NCBI GenBank assembly: GCA_000320545.1
Contig: ADNK01000559.1
Span: 43,723-107,722, forward strand
Source of the DNA: Bigelowiella natans CCMP2755
Lineage: Eukaryota; Protista; Cercozoa
Direction: 5' to 3'
DNA length: 64,000 nt
Position numbers and translations under genes: made by a program. Positions 15,310-27,954 of the stretch are shown here, in pieces (positions within the stretch are counted from its first letter, which is position 1; each line of letters starts with the position of its first letter). The notes below the pieces were generated by a model, which did no database searches, had not been told where the DNA came from, and worked only from the letters and a program-made list of their open reading frames with translations.

Positions 15310-15977
15310 TGATGTTATGGTAATAAAGAACCAGCGGTGACGTTGTGGAGACTACTACTACCTTACAATGTGATTGATTGTTGTAGGTATGTGGCAGCTG
15401 TGGAGAAGTACTTGAATGCTGCAATGACATCCCATGCGGCTCTTGCGGAGACATCTTTGGCAATGTTTGCGACAGCTGCTTGCAACCGATCGGAAACAGC
15501 TGCGGCCCCGTGCTCTCAGGGTAGCGTATATTGTGGTAGGAGGGGAAGGGCGGGTGAGAGTTAGAATCCAAAAGACTCGCCAGCATTGAGAAAACGCACA
15601 CGTTTGCCAGGTGCTGTGGAGAAGTGTGCGGCGTGGCCGGGCAGGTGACTGGGAGCTGCGGGGACATCATCAAGTGTTTCAACCCAGATTCGCTCGTTGA
15701 CATCTTGCAGTCGTGCGGTTCCATCACCAGCTTGGGCGATCTGTGTCAAAACGGAATCGGTTCTCTGGGGGATGTTTGCGGCTCGGCGGGGGATCTGTGC
15801 AACAACCTCGGCTCCTTGGGCGATGTTTGCGGCTCCCTTGGGAATCTGAAACTCGACAGCTTGGGTGACATCTGCGACAACTGCGGCAGCCTTTTTGACA
15901 TCTGCAAAGATGTGGACTTTTCCTCTTGTGCGGAGATATGCGAGGGGATTTGCGAGGCCGTCACTAAGATCAAGTAA
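10206..15977 (+). CDS. VIT-vWA domain protein (inter-alpha-trypsin inhibitor heavy chain-related type) with hydrophobic segment and Cys/Gly-rich C-terminal tail; many exons
   Basis: Spliced exons give the MIDAS motif VIFL|VDRSGSM, plus GGTNI, VVLITDG, RIHTIGLGQYCNHQFLKML, NPVLSNI and YPFPIPDLFKGAPFVVAGKY. Ends ...CEGICEAVTKIK* at 15977. Start codon uncertain. Confidence 0.88.
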
Positions 15978-16374
15978 GTAGCAGCAAGGAACGACCGTAG
16001 CCCAGTGCACTCGCTCTCTCCTTTTTGATTGAGACTCACGATGCTCTAACGATCCCTCCCTTCATGTCATTGGTTTTCCCTTGGTTATTACTCTGTTTGG
16101 GGTCATTGTGATTGGCATGTTTGGCTAATGACGGCTCAGATTTTAACCGTGACGCAATTCTACGACTACTGTATTGACATAATAAATTTTGATTTTGCTG
16201 TTATTTGAACACATGCGTCTGGTCACTTTAGACACAATGGCTTGTGTAATATATAGTAAAAATAGACAAGATATATATTGTGTAAACTGTGTCTATTGTG
16301 GTCTTCAACGTATACAAATTGCAAGTGGGCCTTTGTAGATCACACAATTGATGCTGCGTCATAAAAATGATGGT

Positions 16375-16408
<34 letters not shown>

Positions 16409-16449
16409 TCAAGGATGAGATGATCATAAAGACTTGGCAAACTCTTTTA

Positions 16450-17330
16450 TTATTGTATGCTATGCACGCCCTTAATCGATGCGACCATTCTAGCTATCCG
16501 TTTCCTGCTATTCCACCCATAATATATGCGCATGCTCATTGTCGCATTTACAAGCTAGCTAGGTTGTTGCCTGTACACCGCTTGCTAATTGCGTCGATCG
16601 TGTACATTACGCTCTTTAAAATGGCTGCTAGCATGAGCTGTACGTACATATGCTAGAAGGTTGTTTTTGTTACATACTACTATAACCATGCAATATGTGA
16701 CAGCACCGCAACATCCAAGCATGTCTGCACGTCTGCTCTAGTAATTTGGCAATTATAGACCATAAGTGCTATGCATGTACTGATCGATGAGCAACCTTCA
16801 ACTGCGTCGATCGATAATGCCACATGCATGCAGTGCGCAAGGCGGTGAAAAATATGTCAACAAATAGGACAACGTAGTCGATATTTATTTAGTCGATCAG
16901 CATGCATGCTGCATATAGTTGATCATGACATGTCTATTCACAGCTGCTGCTAGTGCTGCACCACATACACGCGCTAGCATGATTTGCGATGTACGCTAGT
17001 GTGTTGTGCGTGCAATGATCGATGAAGCTTGCGCCGCCATGCATGCACATCGAGCACACTTATTATAGACACGTTGTTCGACATGACATGCGCGCACATA
17101 ACACACAGGCTATAGCAGCGCCATAGCATGCTAGCTAGCTAGCAGCATGCATGTATGTATGCACATATGACCATGCGCACCTGCTATCATATAGATATGT
17201 TTTTTTAAATTATGGTGCGCCATACTTTCTCGTAGCTATTTATTTTTTTATACCCGTGGTGTATTAGTATATTAGGTTTACACTAGTTCGCTGACAGCCG
17301 CTATCCGTGTATATATGCAACGCAATGCTC
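16450..17330. other. CATG/TGCA/CTAG-rich convergent intergenic zone 2 (vWA -> <- LVIVD gene)
   Basis: Same word composition as zone 1 (gcatgc, gctagctagctagc, tcgatcga); lies between two 3' ends. Confidence 0.7.
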
Positions 17331-17334
17331 GCAG

Positions 17335-18596
17335 CTATCTGGCTAAAGAGATCTGGAAGACATAAACCGTTGATGTCAACGCCGTGAAAACATGAACTTC
17401 CGCCCTTTGATTGACCGCCAGACAGTATGTTTTGGTACTAGTCCAGTCTCTCAAGTGCAAAGGCAGGTGTCGAACAGCCAAAAGTCTGGCTTCTGCCGGA
17501 TCCGTTACATCCACTACGGCTAGAGCCCCTATCTGAATAAAATGGTTATGCGTGCAATGCAGCTGGTGAAATGTCATCGTGCAAGGGCTAGAAGCAGGGC
17601 TGCTACTACTACCGGCTGCTCGAGAGGCAGGAGTGCCACCTGAACCTCTTTGTCCGATGATGATGATTCTGGTCGAAGTCTTAACAATTTGACACGGTTG
17701 GCCTTCGCTAAAGAATGGGTTGTTGAGCGTGTTAGGAATAACCACAACGCTGATGGAACGAACAGTAGGCACCACTCATCAGCAGCACTATCTATCGTGA
17801 TGGGTAGTGAGTACATACCGGCACGGAGGGATCGAACAGACGAGAGGAGGATGGGCGCCTTGGGGTCGGAGACGTTCACTACCGCAAGTCCCCCAACATC
17901 ACGCCAGTCAGCCATGTACAAAATATCTGCAGGCCCCATTCCTGTGTTGCAACAAGATGCACACTATTTCATCACCGAAGAAGAAGAAGAAGAAGAAGAA
18001 GAAGAAGAAGAAGGGGTGTATGATCAACATCATCATCATCACCATCACCATCATGCCCGCAAGCAATGCTGCACAAATCTTCCTCGTACCGAACGGTTCC
18101 TTCGGCCATGACGTAGCTACTAGCTGGGCGCCTGACCAGATGAAACACATCATCACACCGTTTTCGAGGTAGAGCATTGTGACTATCTACATACATATTA
18201 TTAGAGAGCATAAACACACAGCATATTATACGATATATGATGTACACACACGACCATAATTCGTCCTACTGGCAACAACGTGCATGTGGCTAGGGTTGGG
18301 CTCGGCGAGTGCCACAACGGCAAGCGCCTTGGAGCTGATTCCTCCAATATAAGCGAAATCGCCAACAATCTACGAACATCGTCAGCAAACACACCGAATT
18401 CAACAGCAAGGACATCGATAACAAGAGACGAGAAGTAGAGGGAAGGGGAGAGGCAAAGCTAAGTACTCATTTTACGATATCTACTTAGCACACTTCTTCT
18501 TCTTCTTGTTCTTCTTCTTCTTCTGACATCACCATCGCTGCTGGACTACTACGACTGCTGCTGCTGCTGCTACTACTACTACTACTAGTTACTACA

Positions 18597-18632
<36 letters not shown>

Positions 18633-19947
18633 CACTACTACCATGATTCCTTCAGGTTGGGTCACATTCGTCTCGAGAACGAAAATGTCTTCTCTACTGC
18701 TGCTGCTGTCGTCATTCCCATCCCCGCCATTTTCGAAGTAGCTCAGCCCAGCTGCAGCTCCAGTGAGATTGACAGCAACTACCGCTCCTTGCGCAGAAGT
18801 CGCGAATCCTCCCGTGCATAAAGCCCACAGATCGCCCCCTTTTGTTCGTATCATGCACATCCACATCACGTGTTACACGTAATGATTAGTAAAGGAAACT
18901 ACAGAGCTATTCTTACGAGTACAGCGACCCAAAAGATGGGTGTAATCAAGTCGCACCGTTGCTGTTTGTGTTGACTTTTTTTTGGAAAGGAGCGGGGGGG
19001 GTTTCTATGGAAAGCACGAAACAAAGAAGAGGCCGAGTGTGGAGGGGTTGAGGAGCTGCTTTGAAGAATAGCTTACCTGTGTGCTGGTATAATTTGACGT
19101 GAAGAATAGCATCTATTCGAGAAGTAAGGTTCATCGATGCAAATGGCGACAACAAGCCGCCGTAATTCCCATCTGATAGAAATGAATATCGCGTGAATTG
19201 ATGCACGGCGAGCAACATCGTACGACACCCTCAAACAAGCACGAAACAGAGAACACACTGCAGAATCCCAGACCTTCTGGCAAACGGAAGAGATGGAGGT
19301 GCGGCCCCCTCTCCAGTGCACCATCAGGACCTCTCCCGAGCTCAGACACAACTAGTAGCTCCCCCATGCGATCCTTAACGTGCAGATAATCATCACTTAG
19401 GTGATGATAGATGCTACATCTTCGCTCATTAGTATTAAAGACATGGTGTGTCTACCTGACCCTCCACAGTCCAGGGCACATCCCACCGTGCGATGATATC
19501 GGGGGCTGATTCAGACTCCCCCCCGGTCGAAATGTCAATCACCGTCATACCTGCACAAAGTGGCCGTGTACATACCAGCAAAAGCACATGTCAGATCCCA
19601 CATGCATGTGTCACCAATAGCACACAAGACACAAAATCTTCGATGCAACCTCCTCCTCGGCACGTAACAAAGACACGATCTGGTTCCTCGGGGTAGCCCC
19701 GGGATTCAGCAGCATAGTTGAAGAGCGTTTTGTTCGCGTAGCTGTATTTCAAGGTCACTTCCACTCCCCCCCTCTGCGATTGCTCCTCAGACATTTTTCC
19801 AGCCTGACCCACAAGGCCACCAGGCCGCTCACTATCTGGATTCACGTACGATCCTCGCTCAGCATCGGTGTATTCCGTACTGCTGATAACTTGGAGGGCT
19901 GCGATGAGCACCAGACAGGCCCCACGACCACAAGGGGGGGGTGGCAT
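17335..19947 (-). CDS. Secreted LVIVD-repeat (beta-propeller-like) protein; multi-exon
   Basis: Signal peptide MPPPPCGRGACLVLIAALQVISS. Repeats GMTVIDISTG, GGLAVVNVSDPKAPILLSS and GALAVVDVTDPAEARLLA match the LVIVD pattern. Stop at 17335-17337. Confidence 0.7.
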
Positions 19948-20245
19948 TGAGGGGATGGTTGTTTCAGAGCAGCTGATTGATTGAGTGTTGCGGTGGTTAT
20001 ACTCGTCTGTCGTATCTGTTTTTACCTAAATTTTTCCCGTTCTTTCCGTATGTCGCAGGGAAAAAACTGTCTGCAATTTTTTGTCGTCGTCCGTCATCGA
20101 GGGCGGGTCTGGGGGTCGTTGTTTAGTCCAAAATGAATAGGATATATTCGGTATGATTCCACGTTTTTTACTTCTGCAAACGTTTGTTTAGTCTCCCAGG
20201 ATCTCTTCTGCGTTCTGCGATAGCTTCCCCTCTCCCCCAGATACG

Positions 20246-21653
20246 ATGCCGACAGGCGATCCAGAGGGCAGCCAGGCCCCGCCGCCTGGCCCGTCCACGC
20301 CCCCGTTGCGTCGCATACTCTTCGGAATGGGGGCAGTGATTACACTGGGAGTCTTGATATTGGTGACGCTTCTTGTCGTTGTTGCTATTGTTGTTTGTTG
20401 GACCAAGGGAACGTGGAGGAGAATGTCGTCCTGTCGTCATCAGCTTGCTTCAGAGTCCTATCGATGATCCGCTCCACCCCCTCCCCTCCCATCCCCTCCC
20501 CTTTGATTGGTTCGGTTAATAGGGAATGCAGATGTTTATTTCAGAGAACAGGTGATTTGTGTAAACTGCATCGAAACAAACCACTTGTTGTTTATTGTTG
20601 CCACACACGCTCGCCGTTAATGATTGAGAATGTATGTATTAGTGTGCACGGAGCATTCTTCCCGAGCAGTTCAACGTTGTCATATTCCCCCCTTTATGGC
20701 AAAGAAAACGTCGAAGCTGGCTTCACCGGTGGTGATTCCAACGCACACGCATCCACCCCCACCACCAGCAGCAGCAGCACTCAAGATAACGATGACGACA
20801 ACGACAACGACGACTCTGAGGAGCTGCTCATCATGCCAAGTAGATGGCCACCGTTCGACGAGAACCCAGACGATCCGAAGTATGTGTGAATTGAATTCGT
20901 GAGTTGTAGTCTTGCCAAGCCTCTCCTCATATCACGACAACCATTGAAATCCAAGGAGAATGATTAGTGCGAATATTTCTTTATTACTCAGCTTGCTGCA
21001 GTGCAACAAGAAGGCGAAATTCCATGCGAATAACTCCCAGTATCAGAGAGGAGGTTGCTAGCTTTTTGAGAAGAATGGGAGAGGAGAAGAAGAAGAAGTA
21101 AAAGAAGAGAGAATATAGACTGGAATGTCGGCAAGAGAGAGCATGGTGGTAAAGTTTTCCGTTTCTCGATAAATCCTTCATACGTTTGTAACCCCCACCC
21201 CTCTCTCTCCAGGTGACAATGTGGTGAAATTCCGTCACGGTCACATCGCCAATTGGTGAGAAAAACATGAGAGACTTTTCTTTCCGACGAGAATTTCAAC
21301 GGGGCTGGCTTAAGATCCACACCAAAACATGAGGGAGGGAGGGAGGAGGACTGCATGCTTTCAAAATGCACTCATTAGGAATTGGCGGTTTGAAGTGTGG
21401 ACTTGTTTATTTAATGGGTGTGAGTAATTTGTGTGTGCCTTTGGCATATTCCACACACGCGCGCACACACACATACACACAGATAGAGAGAGAGAGAGAG
21501 AGAGAAATAAGCATATATGAGGGAAGTATCTTTGGTAGGTATAAAGATGGATGTAAGCAATGGCATCTTGACGGAGTAAGTTTACCATAATGTAAAGAGT
21601 TGAAGTTGTGCACACAGAGTAAAATGAAAACATGTTTATTTGTACATCAGCTC

Positions 21654-21743
<90 letters not shown>

Positions 21744-22875
21744 TGCAAGCCCCATGATGACAAAATACACTGACGGTGATCATATATATTCAGGAATGGA
21801 AAGAAAGGGATAGAAAGATTTACTATGGCTTTGCTTTTGGAGGGTTCATACTCTCCCCCCCCCCCTCCCCTTTTCAACCCCCCCACCTTCTTGCGTGCCC
21901 TTCTCTCGCCGCACCATCTTGATGCAATTTGGTGGATGGTGAAGTGATGCTACAACATACACCGCGCGCCACAACAACGCTCCTCCACAACCGTGCGAGA
22001 AACTTTGCACATATGAATGCAATGTAGCAAAATGCTAGTAGTAGTAATAGTAATCATCATCATCATCATCATCATCGTCATCATTATTTCAGGGAATTGG
22101 AGGTTCTCACCGTGGTTCTAGAGGAGATATATCCTTCGGTAGTCCTCCTTTCCCCCCCCCCCTTCTCTTCCACCACCTTCTTGCGCACTTGCCTCTCCGT
22201 CGTTGCTCTCCCTTACAACAATAGTAAGAAGATCTTTCAAAAACTGGCAATGTTCTTAGGGTGATTACATAATAATACTGGAGGGAAAGCAGGGAAGCTA
22301 TTGTTGTGTTTGTGCGTTGTACTGGGCATTTGCATGCCTTATCCTACCACTGCGACAATAGTTATAGTATAGAAGAAATATAAGGGAGAATTCCTTTGTT
22401 TTAGCAAGATATGCTTCATGCGACCCCCCCCCCCCTTTTTTTAAAAAAATTTTTTTTTTCAAAAAAATGTTTTTTTTTGGAGTTTTTGGTTTGGCGGCCC
22501 CCCCCCCCCCCCCCCTATTATTATAATTATTATTCTTTTAATCATTATCACTATGCTCCCCTCTCTTGTGTTGATGCTGCTGCTACTGTATCCAGACTTG
22601 GAGGGGGGAGCAGAAGCCGTTGTTCTTTCCACCAGTAAATCAGACGCATTTTGCGAAGGTAGTACGATTGTAGTGCCACAATGTTGTTGGCAAGTAGTGT
22701 TTGTAGCTGCGGCTGCTGCTGCTGCTGCTTATGGTGTTTGGTGCCAAACAAAGAGTGGGGAGGAGGAGGAGGAAGAAGGAGGGGTGGTGGGTATAATAGT
22801 GGTAAAAATCAGCAGCTTTGGTTTACAACGAGGAGCTGCTAAATTATTCCTATCGAGGCAAGTACCATGCATCCT

Positions 22876-22912
<37 letters not shown>

Positions 22913-24179
22913 TATAATATCTTCCTGATCATCGTTATCGTCACTATCGTTTTGTTCTATTCTTCAGTATATGGACAAGATTCGTTACATTCCATATGGG
23001 TTCGACGATGAGGTAGTACTATGCTGTTAATGATAATAATAATAATAATAATAGTAATAATTAATGATAACTACGGATTCATCGTTGTACATTATTCATA
23101 TTGAGGAGGAAGTATAAGAAGGTAGAGCATGGTACGCGCTCACTCTCGAATAGCCCCCCACCCCCCCCCCCCTCCCCCCTTCCTTATATTACTGACTTGG
23201 GGTTATCGCTGTCATAGGTGGTTGGAGCAAGGATAAAGGACTGCATGAGGACCGATCCAGTAAAGCATTCAATGTTTTCAATGATGAGCTGTGAGACCTC
23301 CATCATGTGCCTCCTCCTTTGCATCGTCTCCTTTCCGTAAAACCGAAGTATCACTTTGCTTCTGTTTCCCCCCCCCCCCCCTCCTAGTCCGGTGTTTATG
23401 GTCCAGGGCCTATGGCCTGTAGGTGGTTGAGGCAATGGGGAGCTCGAGATTATATTGCGATGGTCGGAGCAAAGGTGTATGCTTTCAGTTGCAGTAGGCC
23501 GATAAAACGCATCGTCGCCAGACGAAGATGAAGATTTTGTATTATTTCAGTGCTGTGACGGAAAGATGCAGCTGTTGGAATCTCTTGCCACAATAGCATT
23601 TTCTTCCGTTTTTCTTTCTTTTCGTCACTCATTATGCTCCTTTTCACTCATTTTTTACATGGTTGTGCCCGGTGCTGCTACTGCTGGTGCTGATGCTGGT
23701 TGTTGTTGTTGTTGTTGTTGTTGTTGTTGACGATGATGATGTTGTCGTTGGTTTGTGATTGGGCGGCAGGACATCCGAGATAATGACGTGTTCGTCATCA
23801 CAGATTTGGATGAGCTTCTGGTCTCTTATATATAATAATAATAATAATAACACCGCTGCTCATTACAACTACTTGTGCCTATGAAGCATCACGATAACGA
23901 TGACTATGATGATGATAATGAGGAGGCAGCTACTGCTGCTATTGCTGCTGATGAATTTAAAGCAAATTTCCTCTGTTAACCACCCCTTCCTCTCTCCCCC
24001 TCTGCGTCTCTCCCTCTCTCCCTTTTCCTAGGCTCGAGAGTTTCTACGCGCTTTGAAGCATTGCGACGTGTGGCCGGAGCCGGTTAGATCCTATTTTTTG
24101 AAGAAAAAACACGCACAAATGACCCGATCTCTTTCTGGTTTAAAGTTCAGTCCTCAATGTTGATGATGCACACAACATG

Positions 24180-24219
<40 letters not shown>

Positions 24220-24778
24220 CCCCTCATCCGCAATGATACTCGCCAGTAATTCTATTGCTACACTCCCTGCAAAAGCTAAGTACAGCTGCGATGAGGTTTT
24301 CTTCATGTTTACACAACAGAAGCACCCGGATAAGTGCTCAAGAATGGGCTGCCAAGTAACATCCACAATTACCATGCCGATTGCTATGGATATGTTCAGA
24401 GTTATTGGACGTCAGTTTATAGGGGAGGGGGGTGCGAGACGGTTGATGATTGCGTCGAGAAAAGGAGCTCTATGATTAGTTGGTTTTGCTTCTTCAAATC
24501 TTCCTTCTCCCCACCACCATGACATATGTAATAGGTGTTCGGGCATAGATACCATTTTGGGTGCACGATTGCCAAGAACTTTGGCCATTTTCATCCTGAT
24601 TTGGTAACAGCAGCAGCATTAGCATTAGCAGCATTAGCATTAGCAGCAGTAGTGCTAGCTTCGGCTGTTGCATACATTAGATGCCTGCTGTGTAATGGGA
24701 ATGCCCTTTTTGCGGAGGCTCTCTGACCGATCGTAAGTTTCCTTTCTCAATCGGCCAGTGCGTAGAAGCAAACATCTC

Positions 24779-24815
<37 letters not shown>

Positions 24816-26379
24816 GTCGTCGTCCATGGCAGGTTCTTGGGCGCTGCTTGTCGAAGTACGGCGGCGAGGAAGTCAGGAGAGACTGGGGGGTAAGCAGCGT
24901 ATACCTCATTTGATGTCAGGAAACCGCAAAGAGAGATTTCACAGCATTGATGACAGTGAGAGGGTAAGAAGAAAGAGAGATAATATTTGACTGTTGTGCT
25001 CTTGTCTGTTATGCTCATCATCTGCAGAAACGCAAACGGTACAATCCAAGGCCGCCAGGACTCCTTAAGGCATTAGTCATAGTCGTAGTAGAAAGCAGCA
25101 CTAGAAGTAGTGATGGCTAGTGTTCATATTGGAATTGAGAGATAACAACACATGATGAGCTGGCTTATAGTAACACACATTCGCTATCACCGACATCCTC
25201 ATGATCACTAATTACCTCTTTCAAATGGGCCGATGATGATGACGATGATGATGGTGATGATGATGATGATGGTGATGGTTTTCTCCAACCGATCCTTTGT
25301 CAACTAAAGCGTTTACGACACTCCCCATTGACTACTCCTTTAGGCAAAATATGTTGGACCGACAGGATGGCACATGCACTCCTTCCTGTCAGCATCTCAG
25401 GTAAACAGTCATTACGAGAGAATCATAAGATATGGAATCGCACATAAATTGAGCGAAAACACGCTCGGTGATATTCTCCCACATTGACCAATTGATGGCT
25501 TTAGAGAGATAAGGCATAAGGGTAATTTGAGTCGGCAATGAGGGAAAATTGAGTGGGGGTGTGATAAAATGCTGATGCTGCCTATTTTATGGTGTTTTTA
25601 TAAAACATATCGTCAGATTGCATGGAAGTGGTTCTCAAGGTACGCCGCATTAAGTAGTAGTTACAGTGATAGTAGTGGTAGTAGTGCTGCTACTAGTAGT
25701 TTTGGTAGTATATTGCATTGGGGAGGGAGGGGGGACGGAGGGAGGGAGGGGGAAAAGCGAAGGCTAATTCTGTGATGGCTTGGCTATTAGCATTCGTGAG
25801 CTATATCACCCCTGCAATTGTGTTAAATATTTATGAATTCTGATCATTAAGAGCGGTTGTATCCTCCTCTTCTTCCGTTTGTCTTGTTGCTTCTCCCCCT
25901 CTCCTGCATACCAGGTCCGGTGCAGCTAAAGCCTCTTGGAGCGTCAATGACCTAGTAATTGATAGCGACGGCAACAACTACCCTGCAGACGAGATGCAAT
26001 GCCTCCTATATTCTTATTTCACCTTAGATACACATCGTTATTTATCACTTGCTCCATAGGCACAAATCGAAAGCCAGAGAAGGGACTGTAATGACGACAA
26101 AAACTTCTTCACGGTATGCTACACAAAACGCACAAAAACGGGGGTGTGCGATGTCTTAAATAAAAATTTCAGTTATTGGAACAGGGAAAATATCATTGCA
26201 TACGCACACTGATACGTTATCTCCTGTCGTTGTCAGATTGACGCACGCGCATGCGAGCCAATACCACATATAATTCGAGAGAACCCCCAGGTATTTTGCA
26301 AGTGGTTTGGTTTGTGGGCAACGGTTCACTGCACGAGTGAGGAGAATACAACTCGAATTGCACCTGGCATGTTGTGTAG

Positions 26380-26415
<36 letters not shown>

Positions 26416-26942
26416 GTGGGCGTGTGTGTTAAATTTTGTTAAATGTTATTAATTCTCTCAAGAAATGGGCGCATTTCTTACGCTATGTCAACGATGGGGA
26501 GCTAAGGTTGTTCACACTATCATTCAATCGTGCTTCCCTTGCAAGAGGCAGGCATGGGCATCCGAAAAACACTCTGCGAAATCAAGCGCAGCATATGTGT
26601 ATATGTATGTGCGTCGTAGTTGCTGCGTTTGGTGTTGTCCTGTATCTGAAATTGTGTATCCGAGAAGATCAAGAAGAAGAAGAATGATACAAGACCCTTT
26701 GTATTCTAAAAATCACGCTTAGGGACGAATTCAATGTGGAACGCAATTATAGGCAGGTAGCAGCTATGAGGTGACCGTAGTTATATAGATCCCCTCCCCA
26801 TTGATGAGCTTGTGCAAGTCTCAGCGCAAAATTTTGTGGATATCCAGAAATTGATGCCTTATCGGGATCCCGGAGACACAGCGCCGTTGCCGTGGGAGAA
26901 GCAATGATTTCTAGATTAGATACACACACGATCGCTTCATAG
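20246..26942 (+). CDS. Glycosyltransferase family 17 (MGAT3 / beta-1,4-GlcNAc transferase-like), type II membrane protein; many small exons
   Basis: N-terminal TM (ILFGMGAVITLGVLILVTLLVVVAIVVCW). Spliced motifs ELEVLTVVLEEIYPS-xDYIIILEGKQ-TWRGEQKPLFF, DNDVFVITDLDELL, GWHMHSFLS and PIPHIIRENPQKWAHFL follow the GT17 motif order. Last exon and stop uncertain (26687, 26906 or 26942). Confidence 0.8.
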
Positions 26943-27099
26943 CAACAAACAAGCAACAAGAATATATTATTAGTTGCAGTCGTCCCTGCTATATCAAAAC
27001 CTCTGAATTTCACTATAGTATATCGAAACTCATGATATGCATGGTATCCTTTTAACATGTGACGAGTTCATTCTTATGTCTTTTCAATAACAAATTTGT

Positions 27100-27900
27100 A
27101 TGATTTTTGCGCGCGTTAGTTTGGGTGTTCCCCGCCAATCCTGCTAATGTCAACAAAGAAATGCATGTTTCCATGTTTGCATTTTTGCGCTTCAATGTGT
27201 GTGTGTACATTTGCAATGCTTTGGCTTAAGCTTATGCGTGTAGTGTGCTACAAATAGTGCGATGAATGCAAATTGCAAATCGCATTCGCTCATGCTCCTT
27301 CTAGCTAGCTAGCTTGCTAGCATGCCTGCATGCATCATCAGATCAAACTTTTTAATGCGAAAGCTTGCAGAATTTGATGCGACATGTGCTCGCTAGCTAG
27401 CTAGAGCTAGAGATTATGCAACTGGCCCATGCATGCTAGATACACACCGTATCCATCATTATATACAGAAAGACATTGTACATGATGTGTGTTGCTTGCA
27501 TGCGAAAGATTTGAAAGATCATGATACGATATGTTTACTATACATGCAAGTCGCGCACATATCACACTTATTCGCAGCTGGCTGCACGCGTTGCACAATG
27601 CGCTTAGTGATGCGTGACACGTACTGTCTCGCACGATAGCGGGCAGTTATATAAGCCACCCAATTTGCAAGCTGAAAAAATTATGCATCATAATGATGCA
27701 AAGTAGATGGCTATCTCATCACATAAGGAGTGTGTTTTGGTACTCTGCGCACGCACACGTACGTGCAATGTTAGTGTATAGGTTTTGGTTCCAATATACA
27801 TCATTACATATGTTGTCATGTAAGATGAACTATACCTCTAGATCTATGACTGGCAGATACTTTACGGGTAGTAACAAGTACGCGGATCGATTACTGATTT
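27100..27900. other. CATG/TGCA/CTAG-rich convergent intergenic zone 3 (GT17 -> <- TatA)
   Basis: ctagctagctagc, gctagctagctagagctag and gcatgc runs between two 3' ends. Confidence 0.7.
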
Positions 27901-27954
27901 AATGTTACCACAACAGCGTATATTGCCACTTTGGCGTGTCTACTATGATCAAGC

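Larger units (their letters stand above)
10450..26450. repeat. Domain of microsatellite-filled introns ((GT)n, (AT)n, (CT)n, (CAT)n, (CAG)n, (TAC)n, (GAA)n, poly-C/G)
   Basis: Directly visible. Similar domains at ~1-4350, ~51000-57600 and ~61550-64000. Confidence 0.9.

Noticed and set aside
22250-22560. Apparent non-canonical GG donor after GDYIIILEGKQ and an odd homopolymer-rich stretch
   Set aside because: Looks like locally low-quality consensus (runs of C/T/A replacing microsatellites); more likely sequence error than novel splicing.
24319-24395. Apparent frameshift in a GT17 exon
   Set aside because: Resolved by a GT donor after ...RMGCQ, joining in frame to VFGHRYHFGC.
26225-26250. 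tgtcagattgacgcacgcgc as a promoter motif
   Set aside because: It is a GT17 splice acceptor and exon start.
216-26450. Many ORF-track entries with poly-H/D/E/S/L, (ER)n, (CV)n and (HT)n
   Set aside because: They are translations of intronic microsatellites or antisense frames, not proteins.
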